A stretch of DNA of 64,000 nt from contig CATNEN010000025.1 of the NCBI GenBank assembly GCA_950097015.1, positions 8,742,001 to 8,806,000 on the forward strand. Reading direction: 5' to 3'. The position numbers and the translations under genes were made by a program. Source of the DNA: Macrostomum hystrix. Lineage: Eukaryota; Animalia; Platyhelminthes. Shown here in pieces: positions 62,089 through 64,000 of this stretch. Numbering within the stretch: position 1 is the first letter of the stretch; every line of letters begins with the position of its first letter. The notes beneath the pieces were generated by a model that saw only the letters and a list, made by a program, of their open reading frames with translations, was not told the origin of the DNA and did not search any database.

Positions 62089-62762
62089 GTGAGTAAATGA
62101 GTGTTTGATGCCCGTTAGTTTTAGACTAACAGTTTTCAGTCACCTTTTAGGCAGTGTAGAAATATTAATTTACTGACAAAATCTGCTCGCTTGATGCTTA
62201 ACAGTAGGACTACCAAGCCATTTTGCCGCCAGTTTTTATACCAAGGGAGAGAAACCCCTGAAACATTTTTTGGCAGCGCCTGAATGCTGGTGGTGACTGT
62301 TTGATAGGCAATGGACTAGGCAATGGTGTACTGTGGTTGAGCTGCGCCTAATGTTTGGAGAAATTCGCGTCAGTGTGTCCACATTCGCCTATTTCCACCT
62401 GTTGTAGCCATTGAAGGTCCAGCAAATCCGTCTAGATAAAGTTAGGTGACCACCGAAGACGGAGATGATGCAGGCACATTCGGGTGACATGCTGATCAAT
62501 TTTGAAGGACTGGCAAGGCCGCACTGAGGCGCATTGCTAATTTGTGTATAGGTGCATGAAATACTCTAGCGCTTATGGGAGAATCCGACCTTCGGCAAGA
62601 AACATTGAATATCTTGACGATCTGAAGAGCTGGCAACTAGGTTATTGTTTCCGATGATGCGCAACAAAAAGTTGACCCGTGTTTTGAAGTTTCGTGTGCT
62701 TGCGTTGTTCCGTTCAGGTTAATTTTGCTGCTGGGGTAACTTCGCATTTGCCATGCCTTCAG

Positions 62763-63060
62763 ATGACTCGTCATCTACAAGTGTAATTAACAAGATGAAA
62801 TTGAATTTTACCATAAGGTACATGGCCCACGCGCTGCCGCACTACGTGAAACCCTACCTGGAGAGCCTAAATGGTGCCGAAGGATTAAAATCAGATTTTG
62901 GCTACGACGAGTTAACTTCGCTATTCCGAGTGGTCTCATTCAATAGGGACACTGTTAAGGAGTCCTTTAGCGAAGCTCTAGGAGACCGGACACCGATGAT
63001 TCATCGGGTACTGAAGCTGCTGGAGGCTGCGCAATTTGATCGCTACCCTGATCCTCACAG
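62763..63060 (+). CDS. Putative exon of unidentified gene (5' boundary uncertain)
   Basis: Open frame ...YMAHALPHYVKPYLESL...FDRYPDPH ending at strong donor cag|gtaaga; phase 2 matches the exon at 63839. Confidence 0.6.
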
Positions 63061-63109
63061 GTAAGAATTCAACTTTCCAAAAGTATTTTTTTCTTCCCAA
63101 CATTCGTAT

Positions 63110-63390
63110 TTTTCTTCCCCATATCTCATCTTTTCCCCCAAATCTCATCCTTTCCCCCAAATTCCATCCTTTTCCCCCAAATTCCATCCTTTTCCCATAA
63201 ATCTCATCCTTTCCCCCAAATCTCATCCTTTTCCCCCAAATCTCATCCTTTCCCCCAAATTCCATCCTTTTCCCCCAAATTCCATCCTTTTCCCATAAAT
63301 CTCATCCTTTCCCCCAAATCTCATCCTTTTCCCCCAAATCTCATCCTTTCCTCCCAAATCCCATCCTTTTTCCCCAAATCCCATCTTCCC
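63110..63390. repeat. 19/20-bp intronic minisatellite (ccccaaatctcatcctttt)n
   Basis: Direct tandem repeat after the donor at 63061. Confidence 0.9.
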
Positions 63391-63825
63391 CCAGATGCTT
63401 ATCATTCATCCCCAAATCCCATCCTATTCCTCAGATGCTTATCATTCATCCCCAAATCACATCCTATTCCTCAGATGCTTATCATTCATCCCCAAATCAC
63501 ATCCTATTCCTCAGATGCTTATCATTCATCCCCAAATCCCATCCTATTCCCCAGATGCTTATCATTCATCCCCAAATCCCATCCTATTCCCCAGATGCTT
63601 ATCATTCATCCCCAAATCCCATCCTATTCCTCAGATGCTTATCATTCATCCCCAAATCACATCCTATTCCTCAGATGCTTATCATTCATCCCCAAATCCC
63701 ATCCTATTCCTCAGATGCTTATCATTCATCCCCAAATCACATCCTATTCCTCAGATGCTTATCATTCATCCCCAAATCCCATCCTATTCCTCAGATGCTT
63801 ATCATTCATCCCCAAATCCCATCTC
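63391..63825. repeat. 40-bp intronic minisatellite (cagatgcttatcattcatccccaaatcccatcctattcct)n
   Basis: About 11 copies running up to the acceptor tctcccacag| at 63838. Confidence 0.95.
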
Positions 63826-63838
63826 ATGTCTCCCACAG

Positions 63839-64000
63839 GAAGGAGTGCGCCAGCTCCAGCCTGCTAGCCCAGCTGGTGTCCGAGGAGTTTGCCGCCCTGT
63901 CTGAATACAGAGCTGGACGATGTCAGTCAACGCGCCGACACGCCTGCCTGATCGTCCATAGTCGCCTCTCTCCAGACGGCCTGTCTGCGTTGGAGTCCGT
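63839..64000 (+). CDS. Putative exon of unidentified gene, runs off window end
   Basis: GC-rich, open: (R)KECASSSLLAQLVSEEFAALSEYRAGRCQSTRRHACLIVHSRLSPDGLSALES; phase-compatible with the donor at 63060. Confidence 0.65.

Noticed and set aside
191-63825. CRISPR array or prokaryotic system
   Set aside because: All repeats are contiguous with no unique spacers; no cas-like genes; context is spliceosomal and eukaryotic.

Overview
Eukaryotic, intron-rich, repeat-dense DNA. GC-rich exons in AT-rich introns packed with minisatellites resemble an invertebrate such as the flatworm Macrostomum; the organism is an inference. No prokaryotic features. (1) 1-10 kb: a MOV10/Armitage-like helicase exon that stops at a degenerate BEL/Pao retrotransposon. 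The BEL element is split by nested insertions, including an intact, very young Ty3/Gypsy element (3518-8296; identical 237-bp LTRs, 5-bp TSD). (2) 10070-56173: four head-to-tail units (9922, 12001, 11898, 12283 bp). Each carries a 7-exon gene the ORF track only shows in pieces. Hand splicing gives signal peptide - CUB - non-canonical C-type-lectin-like domain - Thr/Pro mucin stalk (33/27/29/29 x 45 bp) - hydrophobic C-terminus. Copies 2-4 are near-identical. Copy 1 differs from them by about 38 amino acids but only about 7 silent codons, and its exons are more diverged than its introns. The C-terminus is encoded in two overlapping frames: a GPI-signal-like tail in frame with the stalk, and a classic transmembrane helix plus cytoplasmic tail one base away. 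(3) 56.2-64 kb: two non-autonomous DNA transposons, a decayed RTE LINE and exons of an unidentified gene. Best candidate novel system: the tandemly amplified, rapidly diversifying CUB-CTLD-mucin surface protein family with a possible TM/GPI/secreted anchoring switch. All exon models and counts are by hand and need RNA confirmation.
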